Shown here: positions 43,957 to 53,952 of the stretch, in pieces
Layout: every line of letters begins with the position of its first letter
How positions within the stretch are numbered: position 1 is the first letter of the stretch
Assembly (NCBI GenBank): GCA_963745035.1
Contig: CAVUVW010000013.1
Span: 832,001 to 896,000, forward strand
Source of the DNA: an uncultured delta proteobacterium
GTDB lineage: Bacteria > Desulfobacterota > Binatia > UBA9968
Direction: 5' to 3'
DNA length: 64,000 nt
Translations under genes and position numbers: made by a program
Notes under the pieces: generated by a model
The model's input: only the letters and a program-made list of their open reading frames with translations
Database searches by the model: none
What the model was told of the DNA's origin: nothing

Positions 43957-44000
43957 GAATCGCCCTCCTCTTGGTTTTGCGGCACTCCGCGAATGTTCGG

Positions 44001-44313
44001 CTATTTCGACATACGCGCCCGAGCCGCTCAAGAACGCTTGGATCTCCGTCATTTTTTCTTTGCTGATCCCGTAGATTTCTTCCGCTTGCTGAAGCTTGCG
44101 GCTGATGAGCCAGCCGTTGGCCGTCAAACTCTTTAGCGCCGCTTTGACTTCATCCACGCGCCAGCGCGCTTCCCCCGCCGGAAACCACCAGCGGAGAATT
44201 CCGTCGACGGTGTCCTTGGCGTCCGGATGCTCGACACAATATTTCAGTATGGCGCGCGTCAATTCTTCTTGGCGTTGGCTCTCGTCGTCGGCGTGCGTCG
44301 GTTGTCCCAACAC
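44001..44313 (-). CDS. Small winged-helix-like leader protein of the eCIS operon (both ends uncertain)
   Basis: AILKYCVEHPDAKDTVDGILRWW...VKAALKSL...GWL. As given it reads in frame into the sheath ATG; the nearest off-frame TAG is at 44001. Confidence 0.6.
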
Positions 44314-44335
44314 ATCTTTCACTCGCATCGAGCAG

Positions 44336-44352
44336 AGCAAAGCGAACGCCAA
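44336..44352 (-). promoter_or_regulatory. Sigma54 (-24/-12) promoter of the eCIS operon
   Basis: Minus strand TTGGCGTTCGCTTTGCT has TGGC and TTGC at the spacing of consensus YTGGCACGRNNNTTGCW. Confidence 0.7.
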
Positions 44353-44414
44353 CGAAGATTTTGGCGCAACGTATGAATGCAGCGAAAATTATTTTTCGCG
44401 CCATCGAACCCGCA

Positions 44415-44519
44415 GCGGCGCAAGCGCCGCAGGCGAAGCGATCAGATTAGAAAAAAACTAAGAGGATTGATGATTTGGCTCTGCGGCATTTTCACCGCGC
44501 GGCGCGGCGACACTGCCGC
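44415..44519. promoter_or_regulatory. Candidate upstream activator sites GCGG-N8-CCGC (three copies)
   Basis: 44415-44430, 44483-44498 and 44504-44519; the last two are 21 bp apart. Confidence 0.5.
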
Positions 44520-44697
44520 AGCGGAATGCGAGCCAATTTACAGTGAAGATGGTAGTGATCCGAAGTGAAGCACACGCCGCGGGAAAAATGTAGCAGACCG
44601 GAAGGTAGCCTGTCTGAGCGAGCCGAAGGGAATCATGAACGTGTTTTCATACAGTCTGGCGTAAAGCACGGCAGCGGCCATGATCAAACACGCTCAG

Positions 44698-44910
44698 CTA
44701 TGCATCGTCATCGGTCCTTAGCCGAGCGTTCCATAACACCGCCACGGCGATCAGCGTAGTCAGCACGGAGGCGGCGAAGACCGCGACCTTGGCGGCGGCG
44801 AAATCGGCCGCCTCCGGAAACGCCTGTCCGGCAATGACCGCCACATCGTAGCCGGTGCCCGCCAACGCGCCGGCCCCACCGAGTTGGCGTTGGAACCAAG
44901 AATATGGTTC
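44698..44910 (-). pseudogene. nhaA: C-terminal remnant of an NhaA-type Na+/H+ antiporter
   Basis: Hand translation [19 protein letters not shown]...[25 protein letters not shown] resembles the last two NhaA helices; no upstream body. Confidence 0.65.
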
Positions 44911-45040
44911 CGCGCGTCGTCAACTGGACGATCGAGACGAGTGCTCATGCCATGCGCACTCTAGCAAATTTGCCAAAGGGATTCTCCGGGTATGTCGGCG
45001 CACGGCGGCGCCAAAAGGTAGGACGGCGAGCTCTTGCCGG

Positions 45041-46039
45041 CTATCTCGGCTCATAGAGCCGCTTGATGAATCCGCTTTTGTCGAGCTCGGCGACGAAGCT
45101 GGTATCGACGAATTCTTCCGGTTTGTGGTTGCGGATCTCGGGTCGTCTCGCCGCGGCGATTTCGTAGATGGCGTCGAGTCCTTTCGTAATCGGATAAGGC
45201 GCGGCAATGAAGTCTTCTTTGAAAATGGCGTACGCGCCGTCCAAATACTCCGCATCGCTGGTGCGGAAATATTTGGCCAAGACTTTCTGGCTGAAGTTTT
45301 TGTTCTGCTTCAAATAAGCGATGCCTTCAACATAAGAGCGGACCACGCGCATCACCGTGTCGCGGTCTTCGCGGATCGTTTTGCGCCGCGTCACCACCGA
45401 TGCGGTCGGATAAACGATTTCCTTCCGTGCATCGAGCAAAGGACGAAAACCCCTGCGCTCCGCCTGGGCATCGGCCGGATATGTTAAATCAGCAGCATCG
45501 ACCGCGCCGTTGAGCAGCGCCTGGAGGCGCTCACCCGTGTTGCCGACGGCAAGCCAAAACACTTCGCGGTTGGTGTCGATGCCGTTCTTGCGGAGCACGT
45601 ATCCAAAGAGTAAATCGCCCGCAGATCCCAGGCTCGATATACCGATCTTTTTGCCTTTGAGATCTTCGATCTTGCGAATTTCGGGCTTCACCATCAGCTT
45701 GCTGCTCTGCACGGCGATGCCGTGAGCGACATTCACCAGATCGGCGCCGTTGAGATTCGCCAACATGACGGCGGGCAGCGCAACCGAGGACGCAAACAGG
45801 CTGCCCGCCACCATCGCCTGCGAGGTCTGGCCCGAGCCGCGCAGCAAAACCAACTCGACGTCGAGGCCGTTTTTTTCGAAGAGCTTGGCGTCTTTGGCGA
45901 CGTACGGGATCCACAAGGTCGGCGACAGTGTCGAAACGCCCCAATAGATTTTTTTCAGCGGCTTGTCCTGCGCCGCGCTCTGTTGCACAACCGCCGCCGC
46001 AAGAAGTAAAGCGATCCAACTGAATTTCATTTGGCGCAT
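45041..46039 (-). CDS. ABC transporter substrate-binding protein (NMT1/SsuA-like)
   Basis: Signal peptide; LFEKNGLDVEL, IEDLKGKKIGISSLGS, LLNGAVDAA, FVDTSFVAELDKSGF. Confidence 0.88.
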   Translation of the reverse strand: MRQMKFSWIALLLAAAVVQQSAAQDKPLKKIYWGVSTLSPTLWIPYVAKDAKLFEKNGLDVELVLLRGSGQTSQAMVAGSLFASSVALPAVMLANLNGADLVNVAHGIAVQSSKLMVKPEIRKIEDLKGKKIGISSLGSAGDLLFGYVLRKNGIDTNREVFWLAVGNTGERLQALLNGAVDAADLTYPADAQAERRGFRPLLDARKEIVYPTASVVTRRKTIREDRDTVMRVVRSYVEGIAYLKQNKNFSQKVLAKYFRTSDAEYLDGAYAIFKEDFIAAPYPITKGLDAIYEIAAARRPEIRNHKPEEFVDTSFVAELDKSGFIKRLYEPR

Positions 46040-46213
46040 CACGGCTATCTTAATATGGTCTTGCCGCTGAGTGTTTGCGACATTGATCATTCACTAATCG
46101 AGATCGCCGCGCCCTGTCAATATTGCACCGCCGAATTGGTTTGATCGGAGTACGGAGCGAGCAGGCCTTAGGAGTTTGGCAGGTACACGTTGCTGGTCTA
46201 AGACTTAGTCTGC

Positions 46214-46252
46214 TTGCCACCCTTGCCGGCGTGTGATTACAATGTAACCACA
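46214..46252 (+). promoter_or_regulatory. mazEF promoter with overlapping palindromic operator
   Basis: TTGCCA-18 nt-TACAAT; TGTGATTACA-A-TGTAACCACA (46232-46252, one mismatch). Confidence 0.6.
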
Positions 46253-46261
46253 GAGGGTCAA

Positions 46262-46513
46262 ATGAAAAGCCGCATTGTTCAGATCGGTAATTCGCGGGGC
46301 ATACGCCTGCCAAAGACGCTTTTAGAACAAGCCCAGCTCGTCGACGAAGTCGAGTTGGAGGCCGAGCCTGGTCGTATTGTGATTCGCAAAGGGAGGCGCC
46401 CTCGTGCGGGCTGGGCCGCTGCAGCTCGCCAGATGCATGAACGAGGCGAAGACCAGCTTCTTGATCCCACGACGCCAACACAATTTGACGAGAAAGAGTG
46501 GAAGTGGCGATAG
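46262..46513 (+). CDS. mazE: AbrB/MazE-family antitoxin
   Basis: MKSRIVQIGNSRGIRLPKTLL...PRAGW...FDEKEWKW. Confidence 0.9.
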   Translation: MKSRIVQIGNSRGIRLPKTLLEQAQLVDEVELEAEPGRIVIRKGRRPRAGWAAAARQMHERGEDQLLDPTTPTQFDEKEWKWR

Positions 46514-46842
46514 AATACCCAGTGGCAGCGCGGGGTGAAGTCTACCTCGTTCAGCTTGATCCGACGCGGGGTAGCGAAATTCGTAAAACGCGCCCTTGTC
46601 TTGTGGTATCACCAGACGAGTTGAATGACCATCTGCGCACCGTGATCGTTGCGCCCATGACGACCGGAGGGCAAGCTTACCCATGGCGCGTTCAGTGTCG
46701 ATTCCAGGGCCGAAGTGGATTTGTCGCCACGGACCAACTTCGTACGGTCGATACTGCGCGACTAACGCGGCGACTGGGACGCTTGGCTCCCAACTCGGTA
46801 ACGGCGGTCTTGTCCATCTTGGAGGAGATGTTTGCGCCGTGA
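46504..46842 (+). CDS. mazF: MazF/PemK-family endoribonuclease toxin
   Basis: RGEVYLVQLDPTRGSEIRKTRPCLVVSP, VIVAPMTT, DQLRTVD..RL. Confidence 0.93.
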   Translation: MAIEYPVAARGEVYLVQLDPTRGSEIRKTRPCLVVSPDELNDHLRTVIVAPMTTGGQAYPWRVQCRFQGRSGFVATDQLRTVDTARLTRRLGRLAPNSVTAVLSILEEMFAP

Positions 46843-46869
46843 ACAAAATACCGCGCTACCCGGCGCTTC

Positions 46870-47151
46870 AGACGATCGCTCTCGCTCGCAAAACCCAGCG
46901 AATACATGACCGGCGGCTGCTTCTTCGCCAGCCTCGTGATTCACGAAGGCGAGAAGATGGTGAAAATGGTCACGGACTTCCTCGGCGACGGCGTGCTAAT
47001 GTACTCGTCCGACTACCCCCACGCCGAATCCCGCTTTCCCGAGTCCACAAAGAAAGTGCTCGCCTGGAAATCTCTCGGCGCCGAGGTCATGCGGAAAATG
47101 CTCTGGGACAACGCGACGGAGTGTTTCGGGAGCCGTAGCGGAAGCCGGTAG
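46870..47151 (+). pseudogene. C-terminal remnant of an amidohydrolase_2 protein
   Basis: LMYSSDYPHAESRFP...KMLWDNA; the first ~270 codons are missing and mazF lies directly upstream. Confidence 0.72.
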
Positions 47152-47167
47152 TGGTTCAGTTAGGGAA

Positions 47168-47266
47168 GGATCTCTCACGGAGTCTACCCCGAGCCCGTAC
47201 CGAAGGGTTCGAGATGACAGCTCATTATTCTGTTGTCATTCCGGGCGGATGCGAGGAATCTTTCCC
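47168..47266. repeat. Pair of GTCAT/ATGAC-type REP-like elements
   Basis: gatctctc...ttcgagatgacag and tgtcattccgggcggatgcgaggaatct. Confidence 0.5.
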
Positions 47267-47460
47267 TTAGGTACGATTCACAGAAAAGTCAAACGGCACT
47301 ACTACGCGAAACCCCCTCCCATGCCCATGTGGTCGGGTATATTAGGGTTTCGCAGACCTGGATATTACGGCAGGAGAGAAGGGGACAAAACATTCGACAA
47401 GGGGTTGGAAACTGAGGAGAATCCAACCGCTCTATTAATCTAAGAATCGTTAATCGCAGA

Positions 47461-47483
47461 CCCTGTAAACTCACAAGTTAGGC
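47461..47483 (+). mobile_element. attI-like integron recombination site
   Basis: CCCTGTAAACTCACAA-GTTAGGC resembles the attI1 end (CCCTAAAACAAA-GTTRRRY); no attC-type stem upstream. Confidence 0.55.
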
Positions 47484-47514
47484 TGCATCGCGCTCGCGTG
47501 AATCTGGACAACAC

Positions 47515-48211
47515 ATGACCAACGAACAGAGGCTCACAAAGATTGAGGCGAGACACGCCGCCAATCCGACTTGGCAGTGGTTCAATCGGGCCAGCAATGC
47601 TTATTGGAGATTTGCGGGCCGAGTCGCTGGTTACTTTCCTCGAGCGCTAGGGCGAGTTCGGAGCACCAACCCGATTGTCGGTATCGCTCGGCTCACTTTT
47701 GTATTGGTTGCTGGTTTTCTTATCGTGCCTCCGCTTTACTTAGTGCTTGGCCCTCTTGTTCAGATTATGCTCGTCATCATCGCACTCATATGGACATGTA
47801 TGGCTGGTGTATTTGGCTGGAATCGTCCGACTACACAGTTGGCAGAGCCCATCGCACGGGAGGAAACATTACAGATGACAGGAAAGCACTTGATATCTAT
47901 ACCAAGAGTGCAGTCCAGGGCGCCAAACAAGAATACCATTTGAGTGGAAAATTCCTGGAAAGGTCTCAGTAGGCTTTATGTTGGTCGACAGAGCAGGGTA
48001 TTTCGTTTTTATGAAGATCAGGGTTGAGAAAAAACATTGGTGGAATCGTTCTTGGATAACTTGTACGGCAAAATCTCATGATCCCGCTGAAGCCGTGATT
48101 AATGCTTTAGGTATTTTAGAAACGCATGGATTCTACATCGATCATGACACAATTCAACTTGGAGAAGAAATTGGAGACCCCGCCTATTTCAAAAAGATTG
48201 GACTCAAGTAG
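47515..48211 (+). CDS. Integron cassette 1: AT-rich membrane protein (one gene with two frameshifts, or two ORFs 47515-47943 and 47978-48211)
   Basis: Starts about 30 bp after GTTAGGC and ends 2 bp before attC; two TM helices; three consecutive reading frames. Confidence 0.6.
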
Positions 48212-48213
48212 GC

Positions 48214-48295
48214 ACCTAACCAAGCGGCTTGAAACGGATCTTCGAACCCGCTCGCTTCGCTCGCTAGCCTTATCCGTTCAGCCTTCGCGTTAGCT
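48214..48295 (+). mobile_element. attC site 1 (82 bp)
   Basis: R'' ACCTAAC ... R' GTTAGCT; ggc[t]tga[a]acggat pairs with atccgttcagcc, leaving two unpaired bases. Confidence 0.88.
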
Positions 48296-48314
48296 TGCCC
48301 AGTCCGACGTGCAC

Positions 48315-49196
48315 ATGGAACAGAATAACACGCCTCCTCTCAACGAGTTTTTACCACAACAAAATCCACACAGGTACGCTAGTCCTGGCGAGTGTATATA
48401 TTGTGGTTCCGGAGAAAAACTTTGTGAGGAACATATAATTCCATATGCCCTCGGCGGCAAATTGGTTTTTGAAAATTCTAGCTGCGCAAGATGCGCCAAA
48501 GAAACAAGTAAATTTGAATTAACATGCATGAGAACGATGTATGGGCCACTCAGGTTGCTATATGAGATGCCGACGAGAAGGCCGAAAAAGAGGCCCAAAA
48601 GATTACCTCTGAAAGTGAAGTACACTCCGGATCAAAAAGTATGGGACATAGCTCTAGTCGAGCAAGAAAGATATCCGTTTTTAGTGACATTTCCGCAATT
48701 TGAAGCGCCTGGAATCATTGCTGGAAAGCAAATTCATGAGTCTGGTGGTCCGGCAACAAAGAAACTCTGGATTCGAGGTGCGTGCCCATACTCTACTTTC
48801 GATCAGCTGTTACCTAAATTGCTCAAAGACCTAAATGCCTGCGCAGCATTCCCGAATTCAAAGGCAGATGTGCCTGCTTTCTGTAGATTAATATGTAAAA
48901 TTGCTCACTCATACGCTTATGCAGAACTCGGAAACAATTTAGAATGGTATCTTCCTCCCATCATCAAGGAAGGCGCCTTGGATAACTGCATGCACTTCAT
49001 TGGATCAGTCAATAATTCGGAGCCGCCGGGCGATGATTTGCATAACCTGAATATAGTGCAATTCAGCAACTCCAATGCGGTGCTTGTTCGAGTCCGACTG
49101 TTGAGCAAACTTGGCACTCCATCGTACTTTGTTGCTGTCGGCGAATATAAGCAAGCTAACAAAGCGATTCAGGCGGACCCCCTGACAGTCCGCTGA
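48315..49196 (+). CDS. Integron cassette 2: HNH-endonuclease-like protein
   Basis: CIYCGS..LCEEHIIPYALGG...CARC; CKIAHSYA; AT-rich; stop codon inside attC. Confidence 0.78.
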   Translation: MEQNNTPPLNEFLPQQNPHRYASPGECIYCGSGEKLCEEHIIPYALGGKLVFENSSCARCAKETSKFELTCMRTMYGPLRLLYEMPTRRPKKRPKRLPLKVKYTPDQKVWDIALVEQERYPFLVTFPQFEAPGIIAGKQIHESGGPATKKLWIRGACPYSTFDQLLPKLLKDLNACAAFPNSKADVPAFCRLICKIAHSYAYAELGNNLEWYLPPIIKEGALDNCMHFIGSVNNSEPPGDDLHNLNIVQFSNSNAVLVRVRLLSKLGTPSYFVAVGEYKQANKAIQADPLTVR

Positions 49197-49211
49197 TCGT
49201 TAGTGTTAGAG
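49154..49211 (+). mobile_element. attC site 2 (58 bp)
   Basis: R'' AGCTAAC ... R' GTTAGAG; cgat[t]cag[g]cggac pairs with gtccgctgatcg. Confidence 0.88.
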
Positions 49212-49302
49212 AGTTTTTCTTCTGGTTTTGATCGATGGTTCCTCGGTTGTTAGCGGACTACTGCATTCAATAACGGCTCTCTTTCAGCCTTTCGGACCTG
49301 TA

Positions 49303-51320
49303 TTAGTCCTCCCGTCCCGCAGTCACCAGTGGTTCGATCACCACCGAAGGATCGAGCGGATTCTTCTTGCGCGCCGCTTCGATGTAGCTCTCGCCGTCTT
49401 CCGGCAACAGAAATCCTTCCTTGACCAATTCATCGACGGCGCGTTTGACGATGTCGACGTATGCCTGATGGGTTGGGTAGCGCTCTTCGATCGACAAACG
49501 CGGATCGCCTAGTTTTTCGCGCTCGGCTTTGGTGCGCGCGAAGGCTTTGATGCAGCCGTTGGTCATCATCAGCTCGCCTTCGGCGAAGCCGGCTTTTCTT
49601 AATCGCCCAGCCGATATAGGTTGCGATAGGCGCCTGCATGTCCGGATAGCGCACGCCGCCCAAATCATTGCCGTCGGCATCCACCTGCGGCACCTGGATC
49701 GGATACTCTTTTCCCGGCACCGCCTCGGGCGGGAAGATGCTCATGATGCCTTTGTCGTCGAAGTCGGGACCGTAGTTCCAGAGCGGCAAACGGCTCGGCG
49801 TTCTGGGCAGGTTGACACCGGGAATCTTGGGAAATTTTTTCAGCGCTTCTTCCGGCCATACCAATTCTCCGGCGTCGCGGCGCGGCACGCGGTTCGCCGG
49901 CGGCGCGACTCCTTCGCTCGCCCAGCGATCCATCAAGACAAAGCACGCGCGTAAGAACGGCTGCGGTGAAAAGTTGCTCGGCGGTAATTGTCCGACCCAG
50001 CGCGGATTGTCGGCGGCGATGGCCGCATGTGGCGAACCGGCGAGCATGTACATGCGCACATTGGTCGGAATCTCGGCGTCGCTGCCGTCGCGCGGATCGG
50101 TGTGGGTCATCGAGCCGTGCCGTTCCCAATACTCACTCGAAGTATGACAGTGCACGATCAGCGGGTCGGTCTCCGGACGTTTGAGCACGGCATCGACTTT
50201 GCCGGTGAACGGATCGGGGATGGGATTGAAATTGAACGGGTAGCGCTCGGAGGGATAGGAATGTTCCTCATGCTGGCGCGGATAGCGGCCGATTTGCGCG
50301 AAGCGCATGTTGCAGTACAACCGGCCGATGCCGGTATGCGTCTGCACCGCGTCGAAAACTTTGCGACCTTCGGCATCGCGGTTCCAGCCCTCGTAGATAA
50401 ATTCACGCACGACGCGGCCGGCGAGCGACGCGCCGTAGCCGTAGACCTTGTCCATTGAACCCGCGAGCGGATTGGCCGTGCCCGACGGAATCTTTCGTGC
50501 CGTACCGCAGAAATGAAACCAGATCGCGCAAGCCGAGAAATCCCAACCCCATCACGCGGGAGCCTTCGGTGTCGTAAATCAACTCATAAATCCAGCCGGT
50601 CTTGAATCCGCCTTTGACATAGAGATCGACGTTCGACGGCGTGAGCTCGACTTTGCCATCCTTTTCTTTTGCCTTGGCCAATTCCCAGTCGCTTGCCGGC
50701 ACCGGCACGCGCGGGTCCGCTTCCTTCTCGCGCATCGTCAATGTCGCCGTGGCGCGATCGAGCACGGGATAGCATTGAATATTGGCAGCGCCGCTGACTG
50801 GCATCGACAGCACACCCTTCTTGTCGGAAATGAATTCCTGACGTACCTTACCGCGCAGGGGTTGGCCGTTCCGGCGCGCCTCCGGTAAGAAGGCGATCAC
50901 GTTGGTGCCCGTGTAGATGAGATCGCCTTGCCAGCCTGCGGTGACCACGGTGTAGCCTTGTTTATTGAGGAACCCGTTACCGGCCGCGCTCGCTTTGGAA
51001 TAGTCGCCGCCGCCGTCGTTCAATCGGGTGAACGCTCCGCGCCCGCCGCGATTGGAGAAATCGAAAAGCAATTTCCGGTTGCCGCGGCTCAGATCGACGG
51101 GTTTCACGATGTCCAGAACGGCTTTGAACTCTACCAAGCCATCGGGATTGCGTGGCGCAAACTCCAGGTCGCAGACAAACGGCAGGTTTTTTTCATCAGG
51201 ATCGATGGCGAAAGAAACCATGCCGAGCAGGCGCTCATAGGGACCGGTGTTGCCGAAAGAAGCGCCGCCGCCAAAAGGCGATTTGCTTTCGAACTCGATG
51301 TGAATTTGATTGCGCGACAT
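49303..51320 (-). CDS. Large alpha/beta-hydrolase-domain protein (indels near 50470 and 49600)
   Basis: FGNTGPYERL, GNRKLLFD..NRG, GWQGD, GWIYELIY, GASLAGR, SSEYW, PQVDADGNDLGGVR, DPRLSIEERYP across three ORFs. Confidence 0.82.
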
Positions 51321-51595
51321 GATGCTGCTCCAAGAAAGTGAATTGACATCTCCCGCCGGCTTCGCTTCGACACGAATTCACGGCGAAGCTTGCGATTGCC
51401 GTTCGGGCGGCTTCCGTTCTACCCGAAGTTTGCAATTGATTACAACACATTCTTGCGGCCATGTGCTGCGCTATGCTATCGGCATGCTAATAACTCGCGA
51501 ATAGAAATTTCAGAATGCTTCGACAAGTCTCAGCACGAACGGAAAATGCTTGCACACGTGCTCCCCCGTTCGTTCTGACAGTCAGGAGAACCAAC

Positions 51596-52787
51596 ATGGC
51601 CACTTCGAAAAAATACAACGTCGGGGGCGTTGAGCTGGACCGGCCCTTCAAGATTCGCCGCCTCGGTCACTTCGGTTTCAACGCAAACGATCTCGAAGCA
51701 AGCCGGCGCTTTTACTTCGATCTGCTCGGTTTTTTCGTTACCGAGCCGGCGGGCGCGGGCTACTTCGGCCGGCACGCCGGCGATCATCACTCCTTCGCCT
51801 TGTTCGACAAAAAGAAATTCAACGAGCGTCAATACGCCGGCGACAACGCCAGGCACTTTCGTTCCGAAAACGACATCAACCAGATCACCTGGCAGGTCCA
51901 GAGCATCAACGAAATGGCGGAGGCGAGCAAATATTTTCGCGATCTCGGCGTCGAAATCATGCGCGAGGGGCGGGCGGGCGGAGGCGGCTCGCAATTTCAC
52001 CTTTACGTCTGGGCGCCGGACGAGCAGATTTTTGAGCTTTACTACGGCATCGAGCAAATCAATTGGAACGGCTACGCCCGTCCCGCGGCAATGCGTCACG
52101 GCACCCCCGATCCGCCCAACGAGCCTCAGCTTCCCGACTACGAGCTGGTGCGCGCCGATATCGAGAAAGGCATCAGCGTGCTCGACGGCCGGCGCGTGGT
52201 CAGCGCCATGCCGCTCAAATACAACGTCGACGGTTTGCTGCTGCCGCAACCCTTCAAAATTACCCGCGTCGGACCGGTGAACTTATTCGTCGATGACTAC
52301 GAAGCTCTGAAGCGCTGGCACCAAGAAGTGATGGGCTTCACGCTCACCGAGGAAGTCGAATGGCAAGGCGAGCGCTGCGCGTTTCTGCGCTGCGATAACG
52401 AGCATCACTCGCTCGGTTTGTTTCCCAAGTCGTGGCGCAAGAAACTGGGCCTGAGCCCGAATACGTCGAGCATGTCGTTCGGCCTGCAGCTCGCCAACTA
52501 TCAGCAACTCAAAGCCGCGGTCGATTTCCTGCGCGACAACGGTGTGCGCGTGGAAACCGATATCATTTCGCCGGAGCTTGCATCCCGGCATCGACTACGC
52601 CGCCTATGCCTTCGATCCCGACGGGCACTGCTTGGAGCTTTACTGTTACATGGAGCAACTCGGCTGGGACGGCAAGCCGCGGCCCAAGGAACTGCGCCGC
52701 AAAGTCGATCCGAACCGCTGGCCCGAGACGCTTGAACCGCTTTCCGACACCTACACCGGTGAGCCTTTTATCGGTCCGTGGGCGTGA
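51596..52787 (+). CDS. Multi-domain VOC/extradiol-dioxygenase-like protein (indel near 52580)
   Basis: AGGAG RBS; KIRRLGHFG, DHHSFALF, AFLRCDNEHHSLGL, YAFDPDGHCLELY. Confidence 0.85.
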
Positions 52788-52811
52788 TCCTGAATTAAAA
52801 CGAATGAGAAC

Positions 52812-52976
52812 CTAGCCGAAACGTTGACAGAGGCCGTCAAATAGTGCGGACGCATCGGCGCCGCGCAGCCCTTCGCGCACCACCCACGTGTGCAAGTCGA
52901 CGATCTGCCGGCCGAGCGCGTCGTTGAAATTCAACGGTGACAACGGCACCGAAGCTTGGGTTGTTGGGTTTCGCAT
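52812..52976 (-). pseudogene. 54-codon ORF resembling the N-terminus of a cyclase-domain protein family
   Basis: IVDLHTWVVREGLRGADASALFDGLCQRF then stop; resemblance recalled from memory, not searched. Confidence 0.35.
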
Positions 52977-53266
52977 GAGAACCAGAAAATTGTTGTAGAT
53001 GCGGTCGCAACCGCAAGATGCTGTCGTGATTTTTGAAGTTTTTCCATCGCAGCCGCCCCTACTCGCCCACGACGCCGTCCGTGGAACGAAAGCTGGGGAA
53101 TGTCCGGAGAGTTTAGGGTGTTATGCCTTGCGGGGCACGGACGACGGCAGTCATACACTGAACCAACCGCGACCGAAGCCCGCGAGCCCCGACGGTATCG
53201 ACCACGGTATCAGCATTGCTTGATGCCGCAGGTCAGCAGTCTTTGAGAACCCGATTTATCTCCTGG

Positions 53267-53476
53267 TCAATCGTCGAGGCGAAAGCCGAGCTTCACTGTC
53301 ACCTGCCAGTAGTCGACTTTATTGTCGGCGATATAACCGCGGGTCTCGGTCACCTGGAACCAGTGAATATTGTGCAGCGTCTTGCCGGCCTTGGTGATGG
53401 CATTTTGAATGGCGTCTTCCATGCTGTTTTTCGACGAGCCAGTTAATTCGATCTGCTTATAAATATGCTCTTCCAT
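53267..53476 (-). CDS. Dodecin (flavin-binding protein)
   Basis: HIYKQIELTGSS..SMEDAIQNAI...WFQVTETRG...WQVTVKLGFRL. Confidence 0.95.
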   Translation of the reverse strand: MEEHIYKQIELTGSSKNSMEDAIQNAITKAGKTLHNIHWFQVTETRGYIADNKVDYWQVTVKLGFRLDD

Positions 53477-53621
53477 CGCAGCCTCCCTCGCGTGAGTGAT
53501 CCGTCCAGTAATCCTTTTCGCCGCGGCCGAATGCCGCTAACTATCAGTCAAACACCGAAGAACAGGCGGCTCAAGATGTGCAGAGGATTTAATTACGAAT
53601 GAAGCGCGAGTAAAAGACAAT

Positions 53622-53785
53622 TCAGGAACTCTCGAATTTTCCACTGGTCTGGATCGAGACGAAACGCAGGATCATCGTCGCGACGTACATAATGCCGATC
53701 ACCGCCTCGATCAGACTCAACGCCCGGGCAGCCGGGGACGCCGCCGGGCACGTCGCCGTAGCCGACCGTGCTCACTGTGAAACAT
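53622..53785 (-). pseudogene. Remnant of a potassium-channel-family (Ion_trans_2) gene
   Basis: TVSTVGYGDV filter motif, then after a frameshift ARALSLIEAVIGIMYVATMILRFV; no N-terminus. Confidence 0.65.
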
Positions 53786-53952
53786 CGCGCGCTTGGATGG
53801 CGTCAAACATTCGTTTGGAACACGCTAGCCGTCAACCAGAAACGTGGGAACGATTGTTCCGCCTCCCTCACGGCTCATGCCTTTTTTGAGTTTGACAGGT
53901 AGAGCGCATCAATAGTAACACGAACGAGTCGCCCTCTTATCAGGATTTTATT

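Noticed and set aside
46262-46842. mazEF as an integron cassette
   Set aside because: It lies upstream of the attI-like site and has no recognisable attC after mazF.
47421-47483. Third attC using ATCCAAC as R''
   Set aside because: The inner arms are not complementary; the site fits attI better.
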